NCBI GenBank assembly: GCA_945874095.1
Contig: CAMCFM010000001.1
Span: 1-39,670, forward strand
Direction: 5' to 3'
Source: Candidatus Kuenenia stuttgartensis
Lineage (GTDB): Bacteria; Planctomycetota; Planctomycetia; Isosphaerales; Isosphaeraceae
DNA length: 39,670 nucleotides
In this document: positions 18,873 to 27,717 of the stretch, one piece after another
How positions within the stretch are numbered: position 1 is the first letter of the stretch
Layout: the number at the start of each line of letters is the position of its first letter
Program-made: the position numbers and the translations under genes
The notes under the pieces: model-generated
What the model saw: the letters and a program-made list of their open reading frames with translations, nothing else
Told to the model about the DNA's origin: nothing
Database searches by the model: none

Positions 18873-19030
18873 GAAATGACCCTAGCTATGACGTATTTGT
18901 GAAAACCTGAACTTGGAACCAAGGCTAAGCCATTGGTATTTAATTGCTTGTTGATCTATGTGCAGGCAATTCCCGCTGAACGACGATAGTCGTCAGAATT
19001 GCACTTATTGAATTCCATATGAATCGAATG

Positions 19031-19120
19031 ATCTAATTCACGGCGATTTCTCCGTTACGACGGTTGGGAGGTCAAGGGTTCAAAGGGGACGGGCTACCAG
19101 TTCCACCCCTCTGCACCACT
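19031..19120 (-). promoter_or_regulatory. Conserved structured leader motif, copy 1 (159 nt upstream of DUF1559 gene 17847..18872)
   Basis: A 62-nt core (19049-19110) matches 21512-21573 at 60 of 62 positions. On the minus strand the hairpin CAGAGGGG...CCCCUUUG differs from the hairpin in copy 2 by compensatory changes. Confidence 0.45.
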
Positions 19121-19144
19121 AAAATAGAACTTCTTTGGTTGGGT

Positions 19145-20239
19145 TCAGTGCGATTTCATTCTATGGGTATTTCCTTTAAATACCTTTTGATTGGAAAAGT
19201 ACAGAATCTGTTTGCCGCACCTGAATATTCTCGATTGATTTGGTACGACTGTTAGCGTCCGGTTCAAAAGAGAAGGTCTGTGATCCACCAGATTAATATC
19301 ATGGACAGAAATCAAAGACGATTGATCAATAACATGCGAACCTGTCGAATGAGAAGCAACCTGGGTTGGAAATAATCCAAGCATTGCGTTCTCAGGTCTG
19401 CACTCGCCTTGACCATTATCAAACCAGTCTCGAATCAGAGCAACGATCCCTGGTTTGCCTTCGCCTATATATAATTCCCGTCGTTTTTTATACTCCGAAA
19501 GAATGAGTTCTGCCTGAGCCTTGATTTCAATGTCTTCGCTCCTGGGAGAAGATCCTTTGGGAATCGCCCAGACAAATCTGTTGGTTTGTGAAACATGCGT
19601 TGCAACCGAAAAGAAGTCGCGAGGAATCAATTTCGTGTCTTTTGAACTCAGTCTCGACTTTTCCGCTTCCACAAAGAAATCAACTGCATAGTCAGGGTAC
19701 CCAAACTGATATCCCGATGCACGCAACCGGTCGGACCGATCGGCGTGTTCCATCTTCTCAATAATTGTCATTGCTCTGGTTTCGGGAGTCAATCCATATG
19801 CGTCATAGAATGACGAGTGCTTTTCAACCATGGTCCTGAGCGATTTACGATTCGCAATCCATGCATGCGCATGACGCTTACCACCTGTAAGAGCTTGAAA
19901 AACCAGAACCTCGGATTCGAATGCTTCGCCACACTGAAATGCATCTAGAATCTTGCGTGTTTCACGGATTGATGACAATTCGGGCTGTGTTACTGAAAAA
20001 CTGCCTGTCCAGAACGAACTTGAAATCGGTTTCAGACTTCCAACCACTGTGTACAGTGCCTCACTGTCCATCAGTTTCAAAAGCAGTTGCTCGGCTTTCT
20101 TTTGTAATTCCGGTGGCAATTTTTCGACAGGAAAGCAGTCGTACCGGCTGACACCGACACCCTGGCCATTCGCTGCAAAGGTGTAAAGCATCATCAGCAA
20201 CACATTCAACACAAGCTTCATCAAGTTTCGAATTGTCAT
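19145..20239 (-). CDS. Secreted protein of unknown function
   Basis: I trimmed ORF 19145..20398 to ATG 20239 (MTIRNLMKLVLNVLLMMLYTFAANGQG, a signal peptide) to remove the overlap with the upstream DUF1559 gene. No motif recognised. Confidence 0.6.
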   Translation of the reverse strand: MTIRNLMKLVLNVLLMMLYTFAANGQGVGVSRYDCFPVEKLPPELQKKAEQLLLKLMDSEALYTVVGSLKPISSSFWTGSFSVTQPELSSIRETRKILDAFQCGEAFESEVLVFQALTGGKRHAHAWIANRKSLRTMVEKHSSFYDAYGLTPETRAMTIIEKMEHADRSDRLRASGYQFGYPDYAVDFFVEAEKSRLSSKDTKLIPRDFFSVATHVSQTNRFVWAIPKGSSPRSEDIEIKAQAELILSEYKKRRELYIGEGKPGIVALIRDWFDNGQGECRPENAMLGLFPTQVASHSTGSHVIDQSSLISVHDINLVDHRPSLLNRTLTVVPNQSRIFRCGKQILYFSNQKVFKGNTHRMKSH

Positions 20240-20294
20240 AGGATTCAGGCCTCTTGTACTTTCTTCGTTGCAACTCAGGGAGAAAATCGATTGA

Positions 20295-21332
20295 TTAATA
20301 GGTGTCACCACTAAAAACCTCTCCTCCAGACCTTGTTCCCAAAGCTCGATATGTCTTGAGATCGATTGATTCCTTGAGAAATCGAACTGATCCGTCACTC
20401 ATCAAGAAGTTTGCACCGCCAGGATGCAAACTCCGAAACCCGAATTGACCGAGTAACAAACTCCTCGGATCATCCACCCAAGTCTTCGAATGTGTACCGT
20501 TTGAAGGATCCACAACCCATGATGGTCTGCCAATATAAGGCCTTGAATTTAGCTTCGGTACAACATAGGAGCCACCTGAGATACGAATGTCATTCCAGCT
20601 TTCATATCTGGGCGGAGTTCCTAGATCGCCCCCTCCCCATGCTCCTCCCACATTCGCAATGTTGAATCGACTGTATGGAGATTCCTCACGAAATCGCGAT
20701 GTTTCACCCACCATCAGAGTGTTGCTTAAACCATCTGATATATTTGCAATGGAATAAGATACGTTTCTACCAAAAACACCCTCTGAAATAATGGCACCAC
20801 ATAACTGTGCGTTCATGACATTAGTGCCAGTTCCATAGTTGTTTGCGATGCATTCTGTAAGCCCAAAGACTCCAGCGTATGAGATCTGCGTAATCTTAAA
20901 ACTGGTTCGCGACTGATCCGCCTTGGTATCGGTTGGGCAAAGAAACGTTGCCACGGAATTTTCCCATACAGATGTATTTGGTGGGAAACCTGCAGGATGA
21001 CTAAAGTTCAAGGCATTGTATTTATTGCCCTGCTCCAGGTATGGCATGATGTAGTTTGACCAGGTGTGCCCCCAGCTCGATGTGCATGGAACCTGAGTGT
21101 ACCGAGATTGGGCAATATAACCAGGTGGAAATGTACCGATCGCATTTTCGTAATTATGGATCGCCAACCCAAACTGCTTCATGTTATTGGAGCATTGGAT
21201 TCGACGGGCTGCTTCCCTGGCAGACTGAACCGCCGGAAGTAGCAACGAGATCAATACCGAAATGATTGCAATCACAACCAGTAACTCAATGAGTGTGAAT
21301 GCTTTCAGCTGCTCTTTCCCTGAAATCTTCAT
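20295..21332 (-). CDS. DUF1559 protein with prepilin-type N-terminal cleavage/methylation motif
   Basis: ORF 20295..21362. I prefer ATG 21332 (MKISGKEQLKA|FTLIELLVVIAIISVLISLLLPAVQSAREAARR). It gives the same 11-aa leader as the paralogue and has GAGAGG 6 nt upstream. The H-X9-DG motif is LHPGGANFLMSDGSVRFLKESI. Confidence 0.85.
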   Translation of the reverse strand: MKISGKEQLKAFTLIELLVVIAIISVLISLLLPAVQSAREAARRIQCSNNMKQFGLAIHNYENAIGTFPPGYIAQSRYTQVPCTSSWGHTWSNYIMPYLEQGNKYNALNFSHPAGFPPNTSVWENSVATFLCPTDTKADQSRTSFKITQISYAGVFGLTECIANNYGTGTNVMNAQLCGAIISEGVFGRNVSYSIANISDGLSNTLMVGETSRFREESPYSRFNIANVGGAWGGGDLGTPPRYESWNDIRISGGSYVVPKLNSRPYIGRPSWVVDPSNGTHSKTWVDDPRSLLLGQFGFRSLHPGGANFLMSDGSVRFLKESIDLKTYRALGTRSGGEVFSGDTY

Positions 21333-21493
21333 TAGAACCTCTCTTCTTACATGCGAGTGCATGCTTCTCGATTCTGACTAGCGGCAAGTTATTGCTATTT
21401 GGTGGTTTATTGATTGGCGCAGTGGTGCATTTTGCGAAATAGACGACCATTTACGCAGTTTCGCACTTGTGAGAATTCACTAAAATCAGGATA

Positions 21494-21583
21494 ATCTACT
21501 TCATGGCTTTCTCTCCGTTACGACGGTTGGGAGGTCAAGGGTTCGAAGGGGACGGGCTACCAATTCCACCCCTTCGGCCCACT
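21494..21583 (-). promoter_or_regulatory. Conserved structured leader motif, copy 2 (162 nt upstream of DUF1559 gene 20295..21332)
   Basis: Same motif as 19031-19120. The hairpin CGAAGGGG (21544-21551 on +) / CCCCTTCG (21569-21576) is perfect. Confidence 0.45.
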
Positions 21584-21610
21584 TTTTATCTGACTGCTAT
21601 TGCAACTGGA

Positions 21611-22846
21611 TCAATTGTTTTCAACCGAGTTAGCTTCGGCCCTCTTTACATCCCATTTTGGGAAAGGATCCTGGAAGAAGCCCCAGGAATCAGGCCCTGC
21701 TTTCATCTCTTCATCTGTCAATAAGCATTCTTGAAGTGCATCGTAAATGGCAATCTCATCCATTCCGATTCCAATAAAGACCAGCTCCTGTCGGCAGTCA
21801 CCAACCTGTGGATCCCAGTACTTTTGAATGGATGTCGTAAAACCGGGTACATCAGGCCACTCAGAAATGGGTACGGATGCCCACCAGAAACCGGCAACAT
21901 CGAGCCTCGCCACACGACCAGCCTGTGACCAGACTCCAACTTTATCAAGCCTTGTTGCCAGCCAGAAAAACCCCTTTGAACGTAGTACGCCTTGCCACGA
22001 TTGCCTTAGTATCTCAAAAAACCGTTGAGGATGAAACGGTCTCCTGGATCTATATACAAAGCTGCTGACGCCATACTCTTCGGTTTCCGTTGTACCTTCC
22101 TCACGTAAAGCGACTTGCCAGCCTTTCGACATTTTCGCCCGTTCGAAATCAAATCGTTTTGTGCCTACAATCTTCTCTAGTGGTACCTCGCCGAATTGCG
22201 AATCTACAAGGAGAGCATAAGGATTGAGCTTTTCCAGGAATAATCGCAACTCAGCCATCTCACCCTTGCTAACCAGATCGGATTTGTTCATCACAATCAC
22301 GTCGGCAAATTCAACCTGATCGATCAATAAGTCGGCCATAGTCCGAATGTCCTGATCAGAAGCCGCTTGGCCACGATTCTGTAAATCCTCGCCGATCCGT
22401 AGGTCGCTCAGAAAATTGACTGCATCGACCACGGTTACCATCGTGTCCAACTCCGCAAAATCAGACAATGCCTGGCCGTTGGCCAACGCAAAAGTAAAGG
22501 TGTCGGCCACCGGAGCGGGCTCTGAAATGCCAGTCGATTCGATAAGGAGATAGTCAAATCGCCCTTCACTGGCTAATTGACTCACCTCTATCAATAGGTC
22601 CTCCCGGAGAGTGCAGCAAATGCAACCATTGGTCATTTCAACCAATTTCTCTTCCGAGCGGCTCAAAGCCGCTGAGCCATTGGCAATCAATTGAGCATCG
22701 ATATTTACCTCGCTCATATCATTCACAATCACAGCAACTTTGAGACCATCACGATTACTCAAAACGTGATTCAGAAGGCTGGTTTTGCCGGCTCCCAGAA
22801 AACCTGAGAGCACCGTGACAGGAAGCTTTTTTACAAGCTTATTCAT
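21611..22846 (-). CDS. COG0523-family (CobW/ZigA/YeiR-like) metallochaperone GTPase
   Basis: I trimmed ORF 21611..22930 to ATG 22846, which has GGAGGGA upstream. It carries the P-loop [13 protein letters not shown], the CXCC metal motif [19 protein letters not shown] and NKSDL. Confidence 0.85.
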   Translation of the reverse strand: MNKLVKKLPVTVLSGFLGAGKTSLLNHVLSNRDGLKVAVIVNDMSEVNIDAQLIANGSAALSRSEEKLVEMTNGCICCTLREDLLIEVSQLASEGRFDYLLIESTGISEPAPVADTFTFALANGQALSDFAELDTMVTVVDAVNFLSDLRIGEDLQNRGQAASDQDIRTMADLLIDQVEFADVIVMNKSDLVSKGEMAELRLFLEKLNPYALLVDSQFGEVPLEKIVGTKRFDFERAKMSKGWQVALREEGTTETEEYGVSSFVYRSRRPFHPQRFFEILRQSWQGVLRSKGFFWLATRLDKVGVWSQAGRVARLDVAGFWWASVPISEWPDVPGFTTSIQKYWDPQVGDCRQELVFIGIGMDEIAIYDALQECLLTDEEMKAGPDSWGFFQDPFPKWDVKRAEANSVENN

Positions 22847-24143
22847 TGCTCCCTCCTGTATCACGATCAAATTGAATTTGTGATTCCGAATCAGGTTCCT
22901 CAAAAACCCAAAGCTCAAACGGATCTTCAAGTTCCTGCCAGGACTCGACTCCGCTCCTTATCTCGGATTCACTCAACAAACAGTTGTTCAAAGAGGCAAT
23001 CATTGCATCCTGATCCATGTCGATACCAATAAAAACCAACTCCTGGGCCCGGTCCCCCCATATGGGATGCCAATTATTCATGACTCGTTCACATTCTATA
23101 GGGTCGTCAGGCCATTCCTCTTTCGGCGTAATCGCCAGCCATTTCCCAGCATATTCAATACGGCAATTATGACCTGCCATTGAATAATAACCCACGTCGT
23201 CATTACGACTTGCGAGCCATAGAAATCCTTTCGCCCGCAATAAACCGTGCGGCGGTTTATTGATCCAGCTCCATAATCGAGCAGGGTGAAATGGCTTTGT
23301 GGATCGATAAACAAAACTTGTGACACCGTATTCGTCTGCTTCGGATGCTACCATATCCCGTGGTGATGATAACCAGCCTTCTGACTTCTCGGCATTCTGG
23401 AATTCAAAAAGACCTGTCCCCATGATCTCTTCGACTGCAATCCGACCATAGCTGGTCCTTAAGAACTTCGCCGAAGGATTCAACTTTCTCACAAACGACT
23501 CAATCTGACTCAGTTGATCTTCGTCCACCAAATCCGTTTTGTTAATCAAAATGACGTTGGCAAACTCGACCTGATCAATCAACAGATCCACGATCGACCG
23601 ATCGTCAGATTCGTTCACCGCCCAACCACGATCCTGGAGTTCATCGGTCGTTCCAAATTCATTGAAAAATGAACGGGCATCAATCACTGTAACCATCGTA
23701 TCAAGTCGAGCAAGACTTTTGAGACTTTGCCCTTCATCATCCTGAAATGTAAATGTTTCAGCCACCGGCATCGGCTCAGAGATTCCTGTGGATTCTATTA
23801 ATAGATACTCAAAGCGGCCATCCTGGGCAAGCTTTGAAACCTCTTCAAGCAAATCTTCCCTCAGAGTACAGCAAATACAACCATTGGTCATCTCAATGAG
23901 TTTTTCATCGCGACGAACAAATGATGAATCTGGCCCTGGTGGCCTGGAGATCAACTTCGAATCAATATTGATCTCACTCATATCATTAACGATTACTGCA
24001 ATTTTCAGCCCTTGAGTATTTGATAGAATCTGGTTCAAAAGCGTTGTTTTGCCTGAACCGAGGAATCCGGACAACACTGTGACTGGTAATCGGGAATCCG
24101 CAACTGATTGCATTTCTCTCTGAGCGTTCACTAAAGTTTTCAT
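22839..24143 (-). CDS. COG0523-family metallochaperone GTPase (tandem paralogue)
   Basis: I trimmed ORF 22839..24248 to ATG 24143 (MKTLVNAQ...). It carries [32 protein letters not shown] and NKTDL. It overlaps the downstream paralogue by 8 nt. Confidence 0.85.
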   Translation of the reverse strand: MKTLVNAQREMQSVADSRLPVTVLSGFLGSGKTTLLNQILSNTQGLKIAVIVNDMSEINIDSKLISRPPGPDSSFVRRDEKLIEMTNGCICCTLREDLLEEVSKLAQDGRFEYLLIESTGISEPMPVAETFTFQDDEGQSLKSLARLDTMVTVIDARSFFNEFGTTDELQDRGWAVNESDDRSIVDLLIDQVEFANVILINKTDLVDEDQLSQIESFVRKLNPSAKFLRTSYGRIAVEEIMGTGLFEFQNAEKSEGWLSSPRDMVASEADEYGVTSFVYRSTKPFHPARLWSWINKPPHGLLRAKGFLWLASRNDDVGYYSMAGHNCRIEYAGKWLAITPKEEWPDDPIECERVMNNWHPIWGDRAQELVFIGIDMDQDAMIASLNNCLLSESEIRSGVESWQELEDPFELWVFEEPDSESQIQFDRDTGGSNE

Positions 24144-24572
24144 ATGACTCTCTGTTTGTGACTTGTGTTTGATCCATGCCGACCAGCCATGGCTAAAACA
24201 GCCGGGCAGATCATACTCGAACACAAATGGAATCCAACCATTTTTCAAGAGCTTTACACGGAATTCTTTTACTTGGATCGCACGTAATCCGAGATCTGGT
24301 GAATCTCGATACGATCCGGTATCCGTTCAGTTTGTATCTGTACCCAAATTCCAGGCATGACTGAGTTCAATGTCCCATTGACACAATCAGGACTAAAATC
24401 CCAGCAAATTCAGATCGCTGGAATGGGATTAGCCGTAATTTGATCACGGATTCAAACGCCAATATATTCAGGATCTGATATGCTCTGAGAATCAGAGCAA
24501 CCCATCCCCGCGTCAGAACCTCATACCAAATCAAAACAATCCAGAGAGGTTAAAAACCTCTTCAAAGACGCA

Positions 24573-24905
24573 TTAAACAATAAATTCCATAGGAGGTGCT
24601 CTTGAACGTGATCTAAAACAATCTGATGCATCAAAATTGATGATCAGCAAACTTTTGAAATACTCCCCGCTCTCATAGCATACAAGAGAAGACTGCGAAT
24701 CGTACATTGCCTGAAATTGTGTCAGAATTTCACAAATCGGACACTCGACATCACTGCTTTCAAGAGTGTTATCGAAATGCAAACCATCCGACTGGCACTG
24801 TTCACGTCCATGATGATCAAATATCGGCAGGCCGTGCAACGACTCGCCCATGCTTGTCAGCAAGGTCAAGAAAACCAGAAGTGTGGATACTGCTCGGTTG
24901 GGCAT
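24573..24905 (-). CDS. Hypothetical small Cys-containing secreted or membrane protein
   Basis: ORF 24573..24983. ATG 24905 gives MPNRAVSTLLVFLTLLTSMGESLHG, which is signal-like. No homology recognised. It could be spurious. Confidence 0.3.
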   Translation of the reverse strand: MPNRAVSTLLVFLTLLTSMGESLHGLPIFDHHGREQCQSDGLHFDNTLESSDVECPICEILTQFQAMYDSQSSLVCYESGEYFKSLLIINFDASDCFRSRSRAPPMEFIV

Positions 24906-25224
24906 CTTTACTCGAATAGGTGACTCGTGAAAGCGTCTCTTTAAAACTACAATATGGTGACCAACTCTGATTGTCAACATCAATTATCCAAAATCATGGC
25001 TTTATTCTTTTGGAGTTTTTATCCCTATTGGGGTAGGGGAAATTCTGCGCCGAGGATACGTCGACTTGAAGTTGGCTGATTGACTGAACTGAATACTGCC
25101 AGTGAGGATCAAATCGGAGGGGTGTGCATAATCCGGGCTAGGCTATTGACGATATGCCTAATTCCGGCCAAAAATTCATGAATATGAGCTGAGTATATCC
25201 GGCGGCGGCCGTTCGGGAATCTCC

Positions 25225-25590
25225 ATGCAAATCACCATCCAAACCACGGTCAACGCTGATATCGACACTGTCTGGGACGCCTGGACAATGCCGGACGATA
25301 TCAACCAGTGGAACGCGGCCAGCGATGATTGGCACAACCCACGCAGCAGCAACGACCTGCGGCCCGGCGGGCGGTTCAGCTGCCGCATGGAGGCCCGCGA
25401 TGGCAGCTTTGGGTTCGACTTCGAAGGTACTTGCACGCAAGTGGTTCACCAGAAGCTGATTGAATACGTCCTGGGCGACGACCGCTCGGTCACCATCCGC
25501 TTCGAGCCGACCGAAACCGGCGTTCAGGTGGTGGAAACATTTCAGGCCGAAGACGTACACGCCGCCGAGCTACAAAAGCAAGGTTGGTAA
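25225..25590 (+). CDS. SRPBCC/AHSA1-family (Aha1-domain, START-like) protein, ending at a premature in-frame TAA
   Basis: MQITIQTTVNADIDTVWDAWTMPDDINQWN...GGRFSCRMEARDGSFGFDFEGT...ELQKQGW is typical of the family. After TAA 25588-25590 the same frame continues IILNRFAAYVEFKKH* to 25638, which looks like the normal family C-terminus. Confidence 0.75.
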   Translation: MQITIQTTVNADIDTVWDAWTMPDDINQWNAASDDWHNPRSSNDLRPGGRFSCRMEARDGSFGFDFEGTCTQVVHQKLIEYVLGDDRSVTIRFEPTETGVQVVETFQAEDVHAAELQKQGW

Positions 25591-25973
25591 ATTATCCTCA
25601 ACCGCTTCGCGGCCTATGTCGAATTCAAAAAGCACTGATGCCCGCGCCTCAGCTATCGCAGGACAAAACCTTGTCCCAGTTCAATTCAACAATGGGTCAC
25701 AACAATTGGGAATGCCACTAAGTTAATCACAAGAACTGACACTATAAAAGGTTAAATTCATCGCTGATCAATGACACTCCGTTTGCGAACGACGCCTTCG
25801 GCTTCAGTGCCAGACACGCGAGGGCATTCATCCCGGACGAACGTCGAATCGGTTATAACTCATTTCTTCTCATCTGGTTACAGCTTAACTTAGTGGCATT
25901 CGGGGCATTCTTCGTTAACGGAGTCTCAATCCGGTCTAAACCAGATCGGGTACGCAGGTTACGGTAGCTCACA

Positions 25974-26330
25974 ATGACCAATCCATCGTCACACAACTTA
26001 CTCGATCATGATTCAGGGCTCATCCGCAACCACTTCACCCTCAACCAACTCACCGATTTCGCCCGTGGTGTGTTGTCCGACTCCAACAGAGACGGTATCA
26101 TCGATTTTATGGCTTCGCCCTTGCGGACCCAGGCCTGGTACCTCGACGCGATGTGCAACTGGCAGTCTCTTTCCACCAACGACACCGGGCAGAACCGCAC
26201 GCACAACGCTCGGAACCAGGTCACCGGCGTGGGCTCCGCGACACTCACTTTCGACGCCAACGGCAGCATGACGACCGACGAATCCGCTGCGAATAAGCCG
26301 GATGATCCCTTGATCTTCGAATCACCGTGA
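25974..26330 (+). pseudogene. Rhs/YD-repeat-like gene fragment
   Basis: LDAMCNWQSLSTNDTGQNRTHNARNQVTGVGSATLTFDANGSMTTDE resembles YD-repeat units (GNW...Q.RTHN..N..T......YDANGN.T.D). Just upstream (about 25940-25970) the frame reads NQIGYAGYGSSQ*. There is no plausible full-length context. Confidence 0.35.
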
Positions 26331-26504
26331 AGCGGTCGAGGCCGCCCCGGAACTTTCCTGAATATCCCAAACGGCTCCTGGCCCCGTTTTCCGCCATTTC
26401 CGTTCGAAACCCACTTTGACTTCCCCACAATCCGCGATAGTATGAAATTACCCTAAGCTCGGAGCTTGTGACTCCGATCCATCGCATTCGAAGGAGAACT
26501 CCGC

Positions 26505-27212
26505 GTGACAGTCTTCTCTCTTGCACTCATCCTGATTGGCCTCGGGGGCACCAACATGTCCGACGACCCCAAACCCGCGCCTGATGCTCCGGCACAAACC
26601 CCCACTCCCACCGTTCAACCCGCTAAGCTCGAAACGATCGTTCTCGGCGGCGGCTGCTTCTGGTGCACCGAAGCCGTTTATGAAGAACTTCTGGGAGTCG
26701 AGGATGTCACCAGTGGCTACTCCGGCGGAAGCATTCGAAATCCCTCATATGAACAAGTCCTCTCCGGTTTCACGGGCCATGCCGAAGTGATCAAAATCAC
26801 TTACGACCCGTCCGTCATCAAGCCCGAAGACCTGCTCCACGTCTTCTTAACCGTCCACGACCCCACCACGCTCAACCAGCAAGGTCCCGATCACGGCACC
26901 CAATACCGCTCGGTCATTTTTGTCTCGAACGAAGCCGAACGAGAGCGGGCGATGAAAATCATGAAGGAAGTCGCCGACGCCAAAGTCTGGCGCAACCCGA
27001 TCGTCACCACCATCGAACCCCTCAAAACCTTTTACCCCGCCGAGGACTATCATCAAGACTACTACCGCCAATTCAAGACCGCACGCGGACCCAAAGTGCT
27101 CCAAATGAACGCGAACTACTGCCGCGCGGTCATCGAACCCAAGGTCGCCAAGTTTCGCAAGAAATACGCCGCACAACTCAAAAAGAAACCTGCGATACCC
27201 ACCAAACCGTAA
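26505..27212 (+). CDS. msrA: Peptide-methionine (S)-S-oxide reductase MsrA with N-terminal hydrophobic anchor/signal
   Basis: GTG start with AAGGAGA 8 nt upstream. Motifs: GGGCFWCTEAVYEELLGV, GYSGG, GHAEVIKITYDP, DPTTLNQQGPDHGTQYRSVIF, YHQDYY. Confidence 0.9.
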   Translation: MTVFSLALILIGLGGTNMSDDPKPAPDAPAQTPTPTVQPAKLETIVLGGGCFWCTEAVYEELLGVEDVTSGYSGGSIRNPSYEQVLSGFTGHAEVIKITYDPSVIKPEDLLHVFLTVHDPTTLNQQGPDHGTQYRSVIFVSNEAERERAMKIMKEVADAKVWRNPIVTTIEPLKTFYPAEDYHQDYYRQFKTARGPKVLQMNANYCRAVIEPKVAKFRKKYAAQLKKKPAIPTKP

Positions 27213-27454
27213 TCGAAGCGTAAGGGCTCAGGTCATGCGCCTGTGCCTTCTGATGTCAGGGAAGGATAAAGGGTCAGGGGTAGGAAAAGGGTCAGGAGTA
27301 GAATGGGTCGAGGGAATATAGGGGCCAAGAGCCTATCTGGTAATTTGAGGTCTTTCGAGTCAAGTTAACGGGCTCCTGCCCCCTTTTCTTCCCCCTCCCT
27401 CAGTTTGTTAACCCCTTAATGGGAGGGGTATGTGAGGCGAGCCATCACGATTGA

Positions 27455-27717
27455 ACAAGTTATGGCTTGCGTTTACAAAAGGGAGCGATCAAGCTGATCG
27501 ACTTCGGGCTTGCTGTTTCTAAAGATCCCACAAATTCGAATGGAAGGATTACGGCTGGAACCAAGGGCTTTACGTCTCCCGAACAGGCGATTGAATGACG
27601 CAGGTGAATCCGGATGAGCGGTATCAGAGCATTCTGGAAGTCATTAACGACTTGGAATTCCTGAAAGCGCATGGTTCCCTGCCTACGACTCGATTGGGGA
27701 TGGAAATGAGCATCTAA
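27455..27717 (+). pseudogene. Ser/Thr protein kinase remnant (subdomains VII-VIII and XI only)
   Basis: The first frame reads LQKGAIKLIDFGLAVSKDPTNSNGRITAGTKGFTSPEQAIE* with its stop at 27596-27598. A shifted frame starting at 27604 reads VNPDERYQSILEVINDLEFL...* with its stop at 27715-27717. The N-lobe and subdomains IX-X are missing. The remnant ends 4 nt before the ISL3 inverted repeat. Confidence 0.5.

Noticed and set aside
19031-19120. Leader motif as a cobalamin riboswitch or a tRNA fragment (GGTTCRAAGGGG...CCA)
   Set aside because: I could not find a B12-box-like element (AGYCMGG.G.CC.GCC) or the GGUG..AA..CC/ACUGU core. The GGGTTCGAAGGGG stretch lacks a complementary T-stem and an acceptor stem. 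The ligand or partner therefore stays unknown.
19064-19255. Plus-strand ORF encoding LGGQGFKGDGLPVPPL..., conserved with ORF 21503..21724
   Set aside because: The differences between the two copies fall on first codon positions (K/E, V/I) or form compensatory pairs in a hairpin. The similarity ends after about 25 codons. The conservation pattern fits a structured non-coding element, not a peptide.
21503-21724. Plus-strand 73-aa ORF overlapping leader motif copy 2 and the 3' end of the COG0523 gene
   Set aside because: Rejected for the same reason as 19064..19255. Its downstream two thirds are antisense to a well-supported gene.
25138-25560. 140-aa minus-strand ORF antisense to the SRPBCC gene, plus the minus-strand ORFs at 26006..26526
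   Set aside because: They are shadow ORFs in the GC-rich patch. The + strand products carry the recognisable motifs.
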